This document shows, one piece after another, positions 25,122 through 36,105 of a DNA stretch of 64,000 nucleotides. The number at the start of each line of letters is the position of its first letter. Within the stretch, counting starts at the first letter, position 1. The notes beneath the pieces are model-generated. The model made no database searches, had not been told where the DNA came from, and saw only the letters and a list, made by a program, of their open reading frames with translations. The translations under genes were made by a program, and so were the position numbers. Location of the stretch: NCBI GenBank assembly GCA_030390025.1, contig CM059427.1, positions 170,934,001 through 170,998,000 of the forward strand, in the 5' to 3' direction. The DNA is from Squalus acanthias (taxonomy: Eukaryota).

Positions 25122-25900
25122 CTGTAAAAATTATGAGGAAGGGGAGAAAAAAAAATCGATTAATTTGATAAATAAACCAAAAACATAAATTAAAGACCGT
25201 TAGACATGCCTGCTGAACTTTACAATAGTCTTTTAAATGATCTAGGGTTTTGCAAGAGGGTGCTTGATTTTGGTAAAAGCTAAGTAACTAATACTTCAGT
25301 GTCTGTGTGAGCACTTATGTTGCATGTGTGCAATTGATACTGATGATGTAGATATTTGGGTACAAGATTCCACCAATTCAGTTAAAATAAAAAGCCAAGT
25401 TTGCATTCCAGAACATTTTGGTTTGTGGAACTAGCAAAAATTAAACATTTAAAAATTATGGACTTACCACCAATACATTGTGACCTCAATGAAACAACAT
25501 TTTTCCCCCAAAGATAAGAACATTAGCCTAGCAATAAAGGACGGTCCATATCAGGGTTGTCCAAACTACAGCCACGACCACATGCAGCGCGCAAACTTCT
25601 AGTCAGTCTTTTGCTCTGCTGTTGGTTTTAGCTGTTTCAGCTGTCTGAAGGACTAGAAAAGGCAACTCCTTCATTCGTGGATTCAGAATCTAAATCACCA
25701 ATGAGGGATCTGTCTACCAATGAAGGAGCAGACTTAACCAATCCTCCAGGCCTGGAAAATTCAAAACAGCGCAATAAATACGACTGAGCCAGGAATTTAG
25801 AAAGAAAAGAACTCAGAGCAGGTAGCAGAAGGCAGAGAGTGGATGGTGGGTGATGCAGAGCAGCAACTGAAGCTATGAAACCATGGGGGGAGGGGGGAGG

Positions 25901-26400
25901 NNNNNNNNNNNNNNNNNNNNNNNNNNNNNNNNNNNNNNNNNNNNNNNNNNNNNNNNNNNNNNNNNNNNNNNNNNNNNNNNNNNNNNNNNNNNNNNNNNNN
26001 NNNNNNNNNNNNNNNNNNNNNNNNNNNNNNNNNNNNNNNNNNNNNNNNNNNNNNNNNNNNNNNNNNNNNNNNNNNNNNNNNNNNNNNNNNNNNNNNNNNN
26101 NNNNNNNNNNNNNNNNNNNNNNNNNNNNNNNNNNNNNNNNNNNNNNNNNNNNNNNNNNNNNNNNNNNNNNNNNNNNNNNNNNNNNNNNNNNNNNNNNNNN
26201 NNNNNNNNNNNNNNNNNNNNNNNNNNNNNNNNNNNNNNNNNNNNNNNNNNNNNNNNNNNNNNNNNNNNNNNNNNNNNNNNNNNNNNNNNNNNNNNNNNNN
26301 NNNNNNNNNNNNNNNNNNNNNNNNNNNNNNNNNNNNNNNNNNNNNNNNNNNNNNNNNNNNNNNNNNNNNNNNNNNNNNNNNNNNNNNNNNNNNNNNNNNN
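25901..26400. other. Assembly gap (500 N)
   Basis: N run; true size unknown. Confidence 1.
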
Positions 26401-26431
26401 GACTGGGGCACAAACAACCTGAGAATTTTAT

Positions 26432-27189
26432 GGGCTGGATTTTGTCTTGGGGTCGGGTTAGGGTCGTGTCATCCGCATTTCGTGTTCCCCCCCCCCCCCC
26501 CAACTCCAGTTGAATGTGGAAGAATGATGCAATTTTCACTTAATTGGTCAATTGAGTTGCAGCATGTGGGAACCCATGAACTAATTAGTGGTTTCAGTCT
26601 GAAAGTCGCCTCTGATGATGTCATCATTGCTGACTGCCTAGTGTGAGAGACTGTTGGTGACAGAGGACCTGCCTGCCTTGCTTATTATGTGAGTGGACCT
26701 CGATGCAAGATGTGGGGGGAAAGGGGAGAGAGAGAGAGAGAGAGAGAATTTTTTTGCATCCAAGTCCTCTCACACCAAATGCCATGCAGTCTCTGAACAC
26801 ATTCAATGCAGCAGCATCACACGCGACTTTCACACCACCTAATACTACTACTACCATCATCACATCTCTGTTCTAATAGTGGACCTGCAGCTGATAGTCA
26901 GCTATCCACTTGTGCTCCCGCCAGGTTTCACTGGAGTGTTTCACACCAGGCGTGCTTCACGTCAGAAAAGGGTTAAACTAGCTAAAACGTTTGAAAATCG
27001 CATTACAGAGCCAATTTAGAGCTTGTTAAGGGCTTTAATGGCCTCTCCCGCCTCTTGGAGGCGGGAACCCCGCGACTGATTTTGTCAAAATTGCGTGGAG
27101 TCGGGATGGGGTCGGGACCCCCGACCCCGCAAATTTAACCCCCCACACGCCTCCAAACCCGACTCCATGGGTCATTCAAAATCCAGCCC
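26432..27189. mobile_element. Non-autonomous TIR element, PIF/Harbinger-like
   Basis: 13-bp perfect TIR gggctggattttg / caaaatccagccc; 3-bp TSD tat. Confidence 0.8.
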
Positions 27190-27988
27190 TATGTTTGAAA
27201 ATCTTCATGTAATGCATCAATGGGGAACAGTGAACACAGGTTTCCACCACTCATGATTTTTATAATTAATTAGTTTCAAAGCTTCTGGGTGAGGCAAAAT
27301 TTTAATTTAAATATTTGAATTTCTCTCGTAAATCATGTGCATTAAAAAAAAATGCCCACAAGCACAGGAACTTTCCGTTGAATCACAAGGGATGGCAATG
27401 CCGAGTTGGGAATGGTTCCGTACAAAAATTCCACATTCCAAAGTAGCTAGAATGGTGTTTAATTATGATTTGTCTGATCCAAATGGCCCATTAACTAATT
27501 TTGTATTTTTGCAGCAAAGAGTTGGCACAGACACTATGCACCAAATGGCCTCCTTCTGTTCTATAAACATCCATGGTTGTGGTGCATAGGTTTGCCACCC
27601 TGCTCCAAAAGGTTGGACATCATTTGTCTGTGTGACGACAGCTCTCCAGTAAGACTGCCTATAAAACCTTCAGCAGTTTAACTGGGAATAGTGTATGAAA
27701 ATCTAGATATCTAACTCAATGAAATACATTTCCACAACAATCAAAAGATAAAACTAAGAAGTTAGATGTCGGAGTGGATATAATGAACCCATACACATGA
27801 CATAGTATGACACTTGAACAGCTGCACAAACAGGTGGTAAGTCCTTCGAAGTATAATCAGGCCAATACTCCAACCTACCTACACATATTCAATTCTGAAA
27901 AGCAAACTTGGCAACAGAAAATTTAGACTGGTACAGCCATTCCCTATATTTTTATGTTTCTTTTTGCTTTATTCTGTTAAATTGTAAC

Positions 27989-28078
27989 TTACTGCATAGA
28001 ATGTGAAAAAAAAGACATACACAGTAGGAAATAAGCAGAAAAAACCAAGAGCAGGGAGACCAAGTAAGTGACGGGTAT
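27989..28078 (-). CDS. Candidate alternative terminal exon IPVTYLVSLLLVFSAYFLLCMSFFSHSMQ*
   Basis: Pyrimidine-rich acceptor ...tcctctgctatgtag|ATA in phase 0, TAA stop, AATAAA 15 nt downstream; unique sequence; no transcript evidence. Confidence 0.25.
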   Translation of the reverse strand: MPVTYLVSLLLVFSAYFLLCMSFFSHSMQ

Positions 28079-28337
28079 CTACATAGCAGAGGATGAGAAA
28101 GACACACACACACACCACGCAGCCTGAGTGAGAGAAAGTGCATGAAACAGACAGACAGAATGTGCAACAGACACAAAGAGAAGAAAAGTCTGGTCACTCC
28201 TTTAAACTAAATCAGAAGAGTACTTCCAGTAGGGTTTAAACTAAGATGAAAGCCTAAAAGATTAAAGGAAACAAATTATAAAAGATGGAGGAAGAGTGAG
28301 AGGTGAAGAGAAGGGTTCACAAAAGCAATACATTTTT

Positions 28338-30160
28338 AGAACATAAGAATTAGGAGCAGGAGTAGGCCATATGGACCTTCGAGCCTGCTCCGCCATTCAG
28401 TAAGATCATGGCTGATCTTCAACCTCAACCCCACTTTCCCGCCTGATCCCCATATCCCTTGATTCCCCTAGAGTCCAAAAATCTACCTAACTCAGCCTTG
28501 AATATACTCAACGACTCAGCATCCACAGCCCTTTGGAGTAGAGAATTCCAAAGATTCACAACCCTTTGAGTGAAGAAATACCTCCTCATCTTAGTCTTAA
28601 ATGGCCGACCCCTTATCCTGAGACTATGCGCCCCAGTTCTTGACTCTCCAGCCAGGGGGAAACAACCTCTCGGCATCTACCCTGTCAACCCCCTTCAGAA
28701 TCTTATATGTTTCAATGAGTTCACCTCTCATTCTTCTAAACTCCAGAGAATATAGGCCCTATCTACTCAATCTCTCTTGATTGATCCCTGGGATGAGAGG
28801 ATTGTCCAATCTAGTGAACCTTCATTGCACCGCCTCAAAGGCATGTATGTCATTTCTCTCAGATAAGGAGACCAAAACTGTGCACAGTACTCCAGGTGTG
28901 GTCTCACCAAAGCCCTGTACAATTGTAGTAAGACTTCCTTACTCTTGTACTCCAACCCCCTCAAAATAAAGGCCAACATGCCATTTGTCTTCCTAATTGC
29001 TTGCTGTACATGCATGCTAACTTTGTGTTTCCTGTATGAGGAAACCTAAATCTCTCTTAACACCAACATTTAATAGTTTCTCACCAGTTAAAAATTATTC
29101 TGTTTTTCTATTCTTCCTACCAAAGTGAATAATCTCACATTTCCTCACATTATACTCCTTCTGCCACCTTATTGCCCACTCACTTAACCGGTCTACATCC
29201 CTTTGCAGTTACTTTGTGTCCTCCCCACAGCTTACTGTCCCACCTAGCTTTGCATCGTCAGCAAACTTGGATGGATTACACTTGGTCCCTTCATCTAAGT
29301 CATTAATATAGATTGTAAATAGCTGAGGCCCAAGCACTGATCCTTGCAGCACCCTACTAGTTACAGCCTGCCAACCGGAAAATGACCCGTTTATCTCTAC
29401 TCTCTGTTCATGCTAATACATTAGCCCCAACCCCATGAGCCCTTATCTTGCGTAGCAACCTTTTATGTGGCACCTTATTGAGTGCCTTTTGGAAATCCAA
29501 GTATACTACATCCACTGGTTCCCCTTTATCTACCCTGCTAGTTACATTCTCAAAAAACTCTAATAAATTTGTTAAACATGATTTCCCTTTCATAAAACCA
29601 TGCGGACTGCCTAATCATATTATGATTTTCTAAGTGCCCCGTTACTACTTCCTTAATAATGGATTCCAACATTTTCCTGACAACTGATGTCAGGCTAACT
29701 GGCCTGTAGTTCCCTGTATTCTCTCTCCCTCCTTTCTTTCTTGAATAGACGGGTTACATTTGCTACCTTCCAATCCACTGGGACCATTCTCAGGAATTTT
29801 GGAAGATCACACCGATGCATCCACTATCTCTGCAGCCACCTCTTTTAGAACCCTAGGATGTAGGCCATCAGGTCCAGGGGATTTGTCGGCTTTTAGTCTC
29901 ATTAGTTTCTCAAGTACTTTTTCTCTACTGATATTAATTACTTTAAGTTCCTCACTCTTATTAGCCCCTTGGTTCCCCACTATTTCTGGTCTGCTTTTTG
30001 TGTCTTCTACTGTGAAGACAGATACAAACATTTGTTGTAAGTCTCTGCCGTTTCCTTATTCCTCATTAGAATTTCACCTGTCTCAGCCTCTGAGGGATCA
30101 ATGCTTACTTTTGCTACTCTCCTCCTTTTTACATACTTGTAGAAACTCTTACAATCTGTA
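28338..30160 (-). mobile_element. CR1 LINE ~1.8-kb fragment including RT domain, internally deleted
   Basis: KSPGPDGLHPRVLKE, KSCLTNLLEFFE, VDVVYLDFQKA, RPHLEYCAQFWSPY; CR1 tail at 28338. Confidence 0.95.
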
Positions 30161-30304
30161 ATTTTCTCAGCAATTACATAATATTTGAGAGGATACCAAC
30201 TTTTTAAAAAAATCACAGTATAGGGAGACTGCTGTGAAGTGAAAACTCTCTTTTGGCCACTCCCCCAGTAGCTCAGCAAATGTGTCCAACTGAGGTGAGT
30301 TTTC

Positions 30305-30403
30305 TTGGAGTTGAGGTCGAAGATCAGCCATGATGTTACTGAATGGCGGAGCAGGCTCGATGGCCATATGGCCTACTCCTGCTCCTGCTCCTAATTCTTA
30401 TGT
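30305..30403 (+). mobile_element. CR1 3' tail inserted in the head of a family B SINE (SINE continues to ~30730)
   Basis: gatcagccatgat...ggcctactcctgctcctgctcctaattcttatg. Confidence 0.8.
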
Positions 30404-31353
30404 GGCATACAGACTGGGGGATCCCAAGCTCAATTCCAGGTTTGTGCTGCATTAATTGATCTCAACCAGGGTGGCAGTAGAGATGCTAAACTTCAAGGAC
30501 AGCGAGAGGATAATCATCTATGATTCCCGGTCCTAACAACTATCCAACAACTCTGTGTGGACATCAGGCAAGGACAGGATTTGGTTCAACTGTGATGCAC
30601 CCGACAACTGAATGACCAGCCAACATTCAAAACTCACATATTAATACCGCCTACTTGGCTGAGGTACAAGATGATGATCTTCAGTGATAGAAGTGTATTT
30701 TAGCAAGGAGTAAACACCTTCAGGGGAGGGAAGGGGGGGGGGGGGAAGGAGTAAAACTGGTGAAGGAAATGGTTGAGAGAAAAAAAAATGAAAAAGAAAG
30801 TTTTGTAATTTTCCCTTCAATTACTCAGTGAGACCAAATCTGAAATGCTGAAGGGGAGAGCGCTTGGTGTATGGGCAGGCACAATGCCATCTAGTATATG
30901 CAATGTTTAGCAACGAACTATAAAACCTGCCTAGCAGCCAGCCTGCCTGCCTACCTCAGCAAGGAGCTAAAAATAAATTTCACACCCTGTCTCTTCTGTC
31001 AGTTTTACTACAAAAAGTGGACATTTTGGCTGTCATACCCGAGAGGACTTCTTACACAGAGTTATGATGGTTTCAGTTCCCTTTGTCAGCTACTGGCCAT
31101 GGAAATGAAAAACAGAGTCTGCAAGATTGCTTTGACAGCTGGCACTGTACAATATGAAATACAAAGGCAACTTTGTGACAAAAATACTGACATTAGGAAA
31201 GCAAATCTGCAGTCTTATTGAAACAGAATTTTAAAATCTTAATAGGAAATACTTCAAGATAGACAGGCAAAATGGGTCAAAAATATGGTTTTGTAACATT
31301 CTTGATGGAAATCTTAACATTTCCTTCTACTTGAATATTCATATTTGAGCAAG

Positions 31354-31813
31354 GTGTTAGCTGTGGCTCAGTTGGTAGCATTCTCCTGAGTCAGAAGGTT
31401 GTGGGTTCAAGTCCCACTCCAGAGACTTGAGCACAAAGATCTAGGCTGACACTCCAGTGCAGTACTGAGGGTGTGCGGCACTGTCGGAAGTGCCGTCTTT
31501 TGGATGAGAAGTTAAACCGAGGCCCCGTCTGCTTTCTCAGGTGGACATAAAAGATCCCGTGGCACTTTAGTGAACAAGAGCAAGGCAGTTATCCTCGGTG
31601 TCCTGGCCAATCTTTATCCCTCAATCAACATCACCAAAACTGATTATCTAGTCATTTTCACATTGCTATTTGCGGGAGCTTGCTGTGCACAAATTGGCTG
31701 CTGCGTTTCCTATCTTACCACAGTGACTACATTTCAAAAGTACTTCATTGGCTGTAAAGTGCTTTGGGACATCCTGAGGTCGTGAAAAGCACTATATAAA
31801 TGCAAGTCTTTCT
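31354..31813 (+). mobile_element. Full-length Deu-domain SINE (SacSINE1-like): tRNA head, Deu core, L2-type tail
   Basis: A box tggctcagttgg, B box ggttcaagtccc; tail ctatataaatgcaagt shared with L2 ends in this window. Confidence 0.9.
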
Positions 31814-32199
31814 TATTTTGTAGCATATGAAAAAATGGATACATCTGGTTTTCCCTAGCCCTTCCCATGGCATCCACTATTTGATGTCTGTTGGAGCAGC
31901 AAGGCCTCTGCTAAATCTGCTCTGTAACTAGTTATTAAAAGAGAGGGAAGTTCTTGGCTTTTGCTCACTGCCTCACCCCAAAGACCTTTTGAGATCACAA
32001 AATTATGATTTGAAGACTCGTTTGCATGGACCTGCAAATCATGGCTCTGTGACAATATCTGTGGCACATTCTTCCACTCAGTGCATTGTGCCAACAGCCT
32101 ACATTTTGCAGTACATTATTTATTATACACAAAAACACATCATAAAAATATGCATATTGAGGATTCTCAAGGATTTCAGAGTTCTTAGCTTTGGTGCTA

Positions 32200-32655
32200 T
32201 GGCACACTTTCTCGCTCACACAAAATCCTGCAACTTCAATCATCCCTTTTATTCCAAACTCCAATGGTTTTCCATGCCCAGTGGATTGAAGATCATGGCT
32301 TTTAACTCCCTTCATGATCTCACCCAATCTCTATTTCAGACATATGTCAACACGCACACCCTCTCCGCCTCTGAGACAGAGTTACTCCTTGTACCTCGCT
32401 CCATTAGTGCTTTCGCTTTCAGCCACTACACTCCTGTCCCTGAAGTTCCTTCCTAGATATTTCCTGAATTGTTTTCAAAAACTTCCTCAAAGCCCCTCTC
32501 TCTAGCTGTGCCTTTGATCCCTCTTCAGTTTCTGTCCCCACAACCTTTCCCCATTTCCCCACCCCCCCCAGATCAGCTTCCACTGTATTTCTACTTCTTG
32601 TAAAGCACATTCAGGCATCTTTCTGCACATGAGGAGCACTATACCTACAAGTAGT
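32200..32655 (+). mobile_element. Degenerate L2 3' end
   Basis: Similar to the L2 tails at 15020-15500 (gctttcagccac, gcactata). Confidence 0.55.
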
Positions 32656-34014
32656 ATTCCTTGCTACTGAAGTAATTTATTTTTCCCATAATATAACTTA
32701 TTAGTTAAATTGAATTTAGAGACTTTCGGTAGAAATTATACATTGGTTGAGGTGCTTATACCCTTTTAGGTGGTTGCACTATTTTACTACTGTCAAATTA
32801 TAAGCATTCTGATTTGTTAAAGTATTGTATGTGCCAAGTACTACCACTGTGGTTTGCAATAATATATTCAGTGCCATGCCAATTGCTGTGACTCTGCATG
32901 CTGCAGCACTTTGCTGTAACATTCTACGAGTGAGCATGACAGCAATAGAGAAAGACATCAAACCAAGAGAGAGACGCACACACCAAGAATCAGACCGTCA
33001 CAAAGGAAGCCAGAGAGTGTGTCTGAAGGGATATAAATGTTAACGGGGTCAGAATTTAAAACCTCAAGTTGCAAGCAACATAAACTTGGCAGGATTCCAC
33101 TCTGGTGCAACAGAAATCAAGGCTGAAGGGGACGAAGAAGAATAAAAGGGAATGCAAACTAAAGTGCTGCCATGTGTTTGCAGGCAAGCAGCCCAACACA
33201 TGACTCTGTTTTGATAGCTGTGGAAGTCAAGTTGGTGTCGCATGAGGTGATTGCAAAGAGGGTTACCTCTGTGCCATTCCATGGCACCATTCACTTAGAC
33301 ATGCATTGCAACATGCCTGCAAGGAAATGGAACATTTAATTCTGCAGCTGAAGGTTGCTGTCACTGGATGTGCCAGACCTATTCTGCAAGGTATGCTTGC
33401 AGATGACACACATTTGTATCTGCATCTGCCTCCCTGATGACCTAGGCCCCGTCCATATAGCTCCCGACAGTCATTGCAAAGTAGGTGTGCCTATGCCTCC
33501 ATATATGGGTGTGGAAAGTCAGGGTATTCTAACTGTTGATCAGCCTGACATGCTTTTATTTATGCAGTCATGATAAGATGGGCACTTAGCATGCTAGCAT
33601 TCCCTGCTCACAGGAAATAGTGTGTGATGCAAAATAGATAGAAATCCAACACCCATGTTTTACACCCATTTTTCCTCTCTGGTCAGCCCAATTTATTGTT
33701 GCTAATTGGGTGGAGCCGACTGGAAAATCCTGGCTTGGGTGCCAAAAAAGTAGTATTAGCATCTCGCCTCAACAAGTACAGAAAAATATAAATTTAAATG
33801 AAGCCAGCACTGAGTATTACAAATGCAAAATGTTAAAGCCCTTTAAAAAAAAAGTTATATCATTTCTTATAGTTCTCTCCATTAAAAAAAAACAAAGATC
33901 AAAAGGCTAAAGACAGTGCTAATTGGAGGGCCGGTCACCCCAGGCCACTCTCACCCATTTCTCAATACTGGCTTTATAGCAGGACCTTGCAGCAGGACTG
34001 TATCCCACCTTATA

Positions 34015-34473
34015 AAGAAAAAAAAAGACTTGCATTTCTATAGCGCCTTTCACAATCACCGGACGTCCCAAAGTGCTTTACAGCCAATGAAGTACTTTTT
34101 GAAGTGTAGTCACTGTTGTAATGTGGGAAACGCGGCAGCCAATTTGCGCACAGCAAGCTCCCACAAACAGCAATGTGATAATGACCAGATAATCTGTTTT
34201 AGTGATGTGGGTTGAGGGATAAATATTGGCCAGGACACCGGGGATAACTTCCCTGCTCTTCTTCGAAATAGTGCCATGGGATCATTTATGTCCACCTGGG
34301 AGTGCAGACGGGGCCTCGGTTTAACGTCTCATTCGAAAGACGGCAGCTCCGGCAGTGCAGCACTCCCTCAGCACTGCACTGGAGTGTCAGCCTGGATTTT
34401 TGTGCTCAAGCCTCTGGACTGGGACTTGAACCCACAACCTTCTGACTCACAACAACTGAGCCACGGCTGACAC
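34015..34473 (-). mobile_element. Near full-length Deu-domain SINE (SacSINE1-like)
   Basis: Reverse complement of 31354-31813 along its length; short deletion in the head. Confidence 0.9.
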
Positions 34474-35364
34474 CAATACTTAGTCCAAGTGAAAGTTTTT
34501 CATGTAGGAACCTAGACGGTTGGCAGGCTATTCATTATGAACTAAACAGTGTCAGCTGTGGCTCAGTTGGTAGCACCCTCGCCAACTGAGCCACGGCTGA
34601 CACTAAGGTATCATAAGGTACATGGAACAGTGTAGGTATTGAAAGCATAAAGTGGGGAAAAAAACTACTGTAACTTTTAAAAATTCTGAATAATTCAGTC
34701 TCAGATGCTCATTCCTGGGTATAAGTAGACCAGTTGCAGTGAGGAGCACCCATCTTATATTGCACTGACATTATGCCTAATGAGTCAAAAGACCTCAGAA
34801 AAGCACTCGACTACACAGTGACTTTCCTATTTCCTGTCCTGTCTATTCATATCTTTGAATTTCTAAGTGAGATTACTGAATTAGTGCCAACTGTGATGTA
34901 TTAGAGAGAGGTGGATGTGTGATCTGCTGGGAGATGAATTGAGAATGACCCAGCACATTTTAATCAGAACCTTTAAAAGACAGAGAGAAGACAGTAATTT
35001 GATGAGATATTCTAATATTTTACTTCTGACACCGTCTGTGGTCTGCTTAATCTATTGTCATTTAAAAAAGGGGGAAAAAACTTTGAAGGATGTCAAACTT
35101 TTAAACAATACATGCCAGATGGAGCAGTGGTGCCACAAACATGACAGAATACAGGTTTGAACACATATTTCTCTTTTTTTGCTTCTCCCTATGCCATACA
35201 CCATGTTCAACAGAGAGGGTCCACTCACAAGCCAACACTAATGCTGCTTTGAAATTTAATGTACGAAGAGCCTTGAAGTAACCCTTACAAGTTGCCTATA
35301 CAAAAGCACGTCACCATTCCCCCACAGCAGCATGGTTAAGATGGGAAACTCAACATGGAGGTAA

Positions 35365-35577
35365 GCTCTGGAATTCCCTCCCTAAACCTCTCCATCTCTT
35401 TACCTCTCTCTCCTCCTTTAAGGTGCTCCTTAAAACCTACCTCTTTGACCAAGATTCTGCCCTAATATCTCCTTATGTGGCTCGGTGTCAAACTTTGTTT
35501 GATAACACTCCTGTGAAGTGCCTTAGTGTGTTTTACTATGTTAAAGGCGCTATATAAATGCAAGTTGTTGTTGTTGA
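35365..35577 (+). mobile_element. L2 3' tail
   Basis: Highly similar to 15295-15495; ends gcgctatataaatgcaag(ttg)n. Confidence 0.85.
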
Positions 35578-35948
35578 CAGATATGAATGTATGTAAACAA
35601 TACTACCACTCCATGCCTCAGCAGAGTTGTGCACATCACATTCCTGCTATTTTTAAATAGATCAATTTTACTTGAAAACCCCATATATTCTTTATAATTA
35701 TATTTTCAGTTTATAAAGTTCAGTCTAAACACTGGATCAATCTAAAAGTTACTTTACTCCAAAGGAAAACAAACAAATTCAAAGTGTATTTTGTTTTCTT
35801 TGTGCTCGCGATAACTATTATTACACAGGATACAGGATAAAACAAAACAGGCAGCTCAGTCATCCTGCTTACGGAAACACTGTATAACACAGGAGAAAAT
35901 AACGACTTCTGCAGCAAACTCTGGTTCTTTGTACAAAATAACTCTTAC

Positions 35949-35978
35949 AGAATTTGGCCTTAAGAACTGAATTGACAT
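35949..35978 (-). CDS. Candidate alternative first coding exon MSIQFLRPNS, splicing in phase 0 onto the LPADL exon
   Basis: ATG...AAT TCT|gtaaga donor; CCAAT and perfect CRE just upstream; no transcript evidence. Confidence 0.4.
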
Positions 35979-36097
35979 TTAATTTTTTTTTAACAGAACA
36001 AAGAGATTAGCCAATACACTCACTCAGGATCACAAGTCTGAATACTGCGCAGAATAGTATGATGCATACAAGTTTAACATGGTGGGCTACTTGGAGA

Positions 36098-36105
36098 TGA
36101 CGTCA
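36098..36105. promoter_or_regulatory. Perfect palindromic CRE (TGACGTCA) in unique sequence
   Basis: Motif seen directly; function inferred. Confidence 0.4.

Noticed and set aside
25637-26539. Four long ORFs of 179-300 aa
   Set aside because: Artefacts of reading through the 500-N gap
31354-31425. tRNA gene
   Set aside because: tRNA-derived SINE head that runs straight into the Deu domain; no complete cloverleaf seen
35872-35878. 7-nt microexon (ttatacag|TGTTTCC|gtaagc)
   Set aside because: Frame-shifting in a phase-0 intron; kept only as a possible second donor of the candidate first exon
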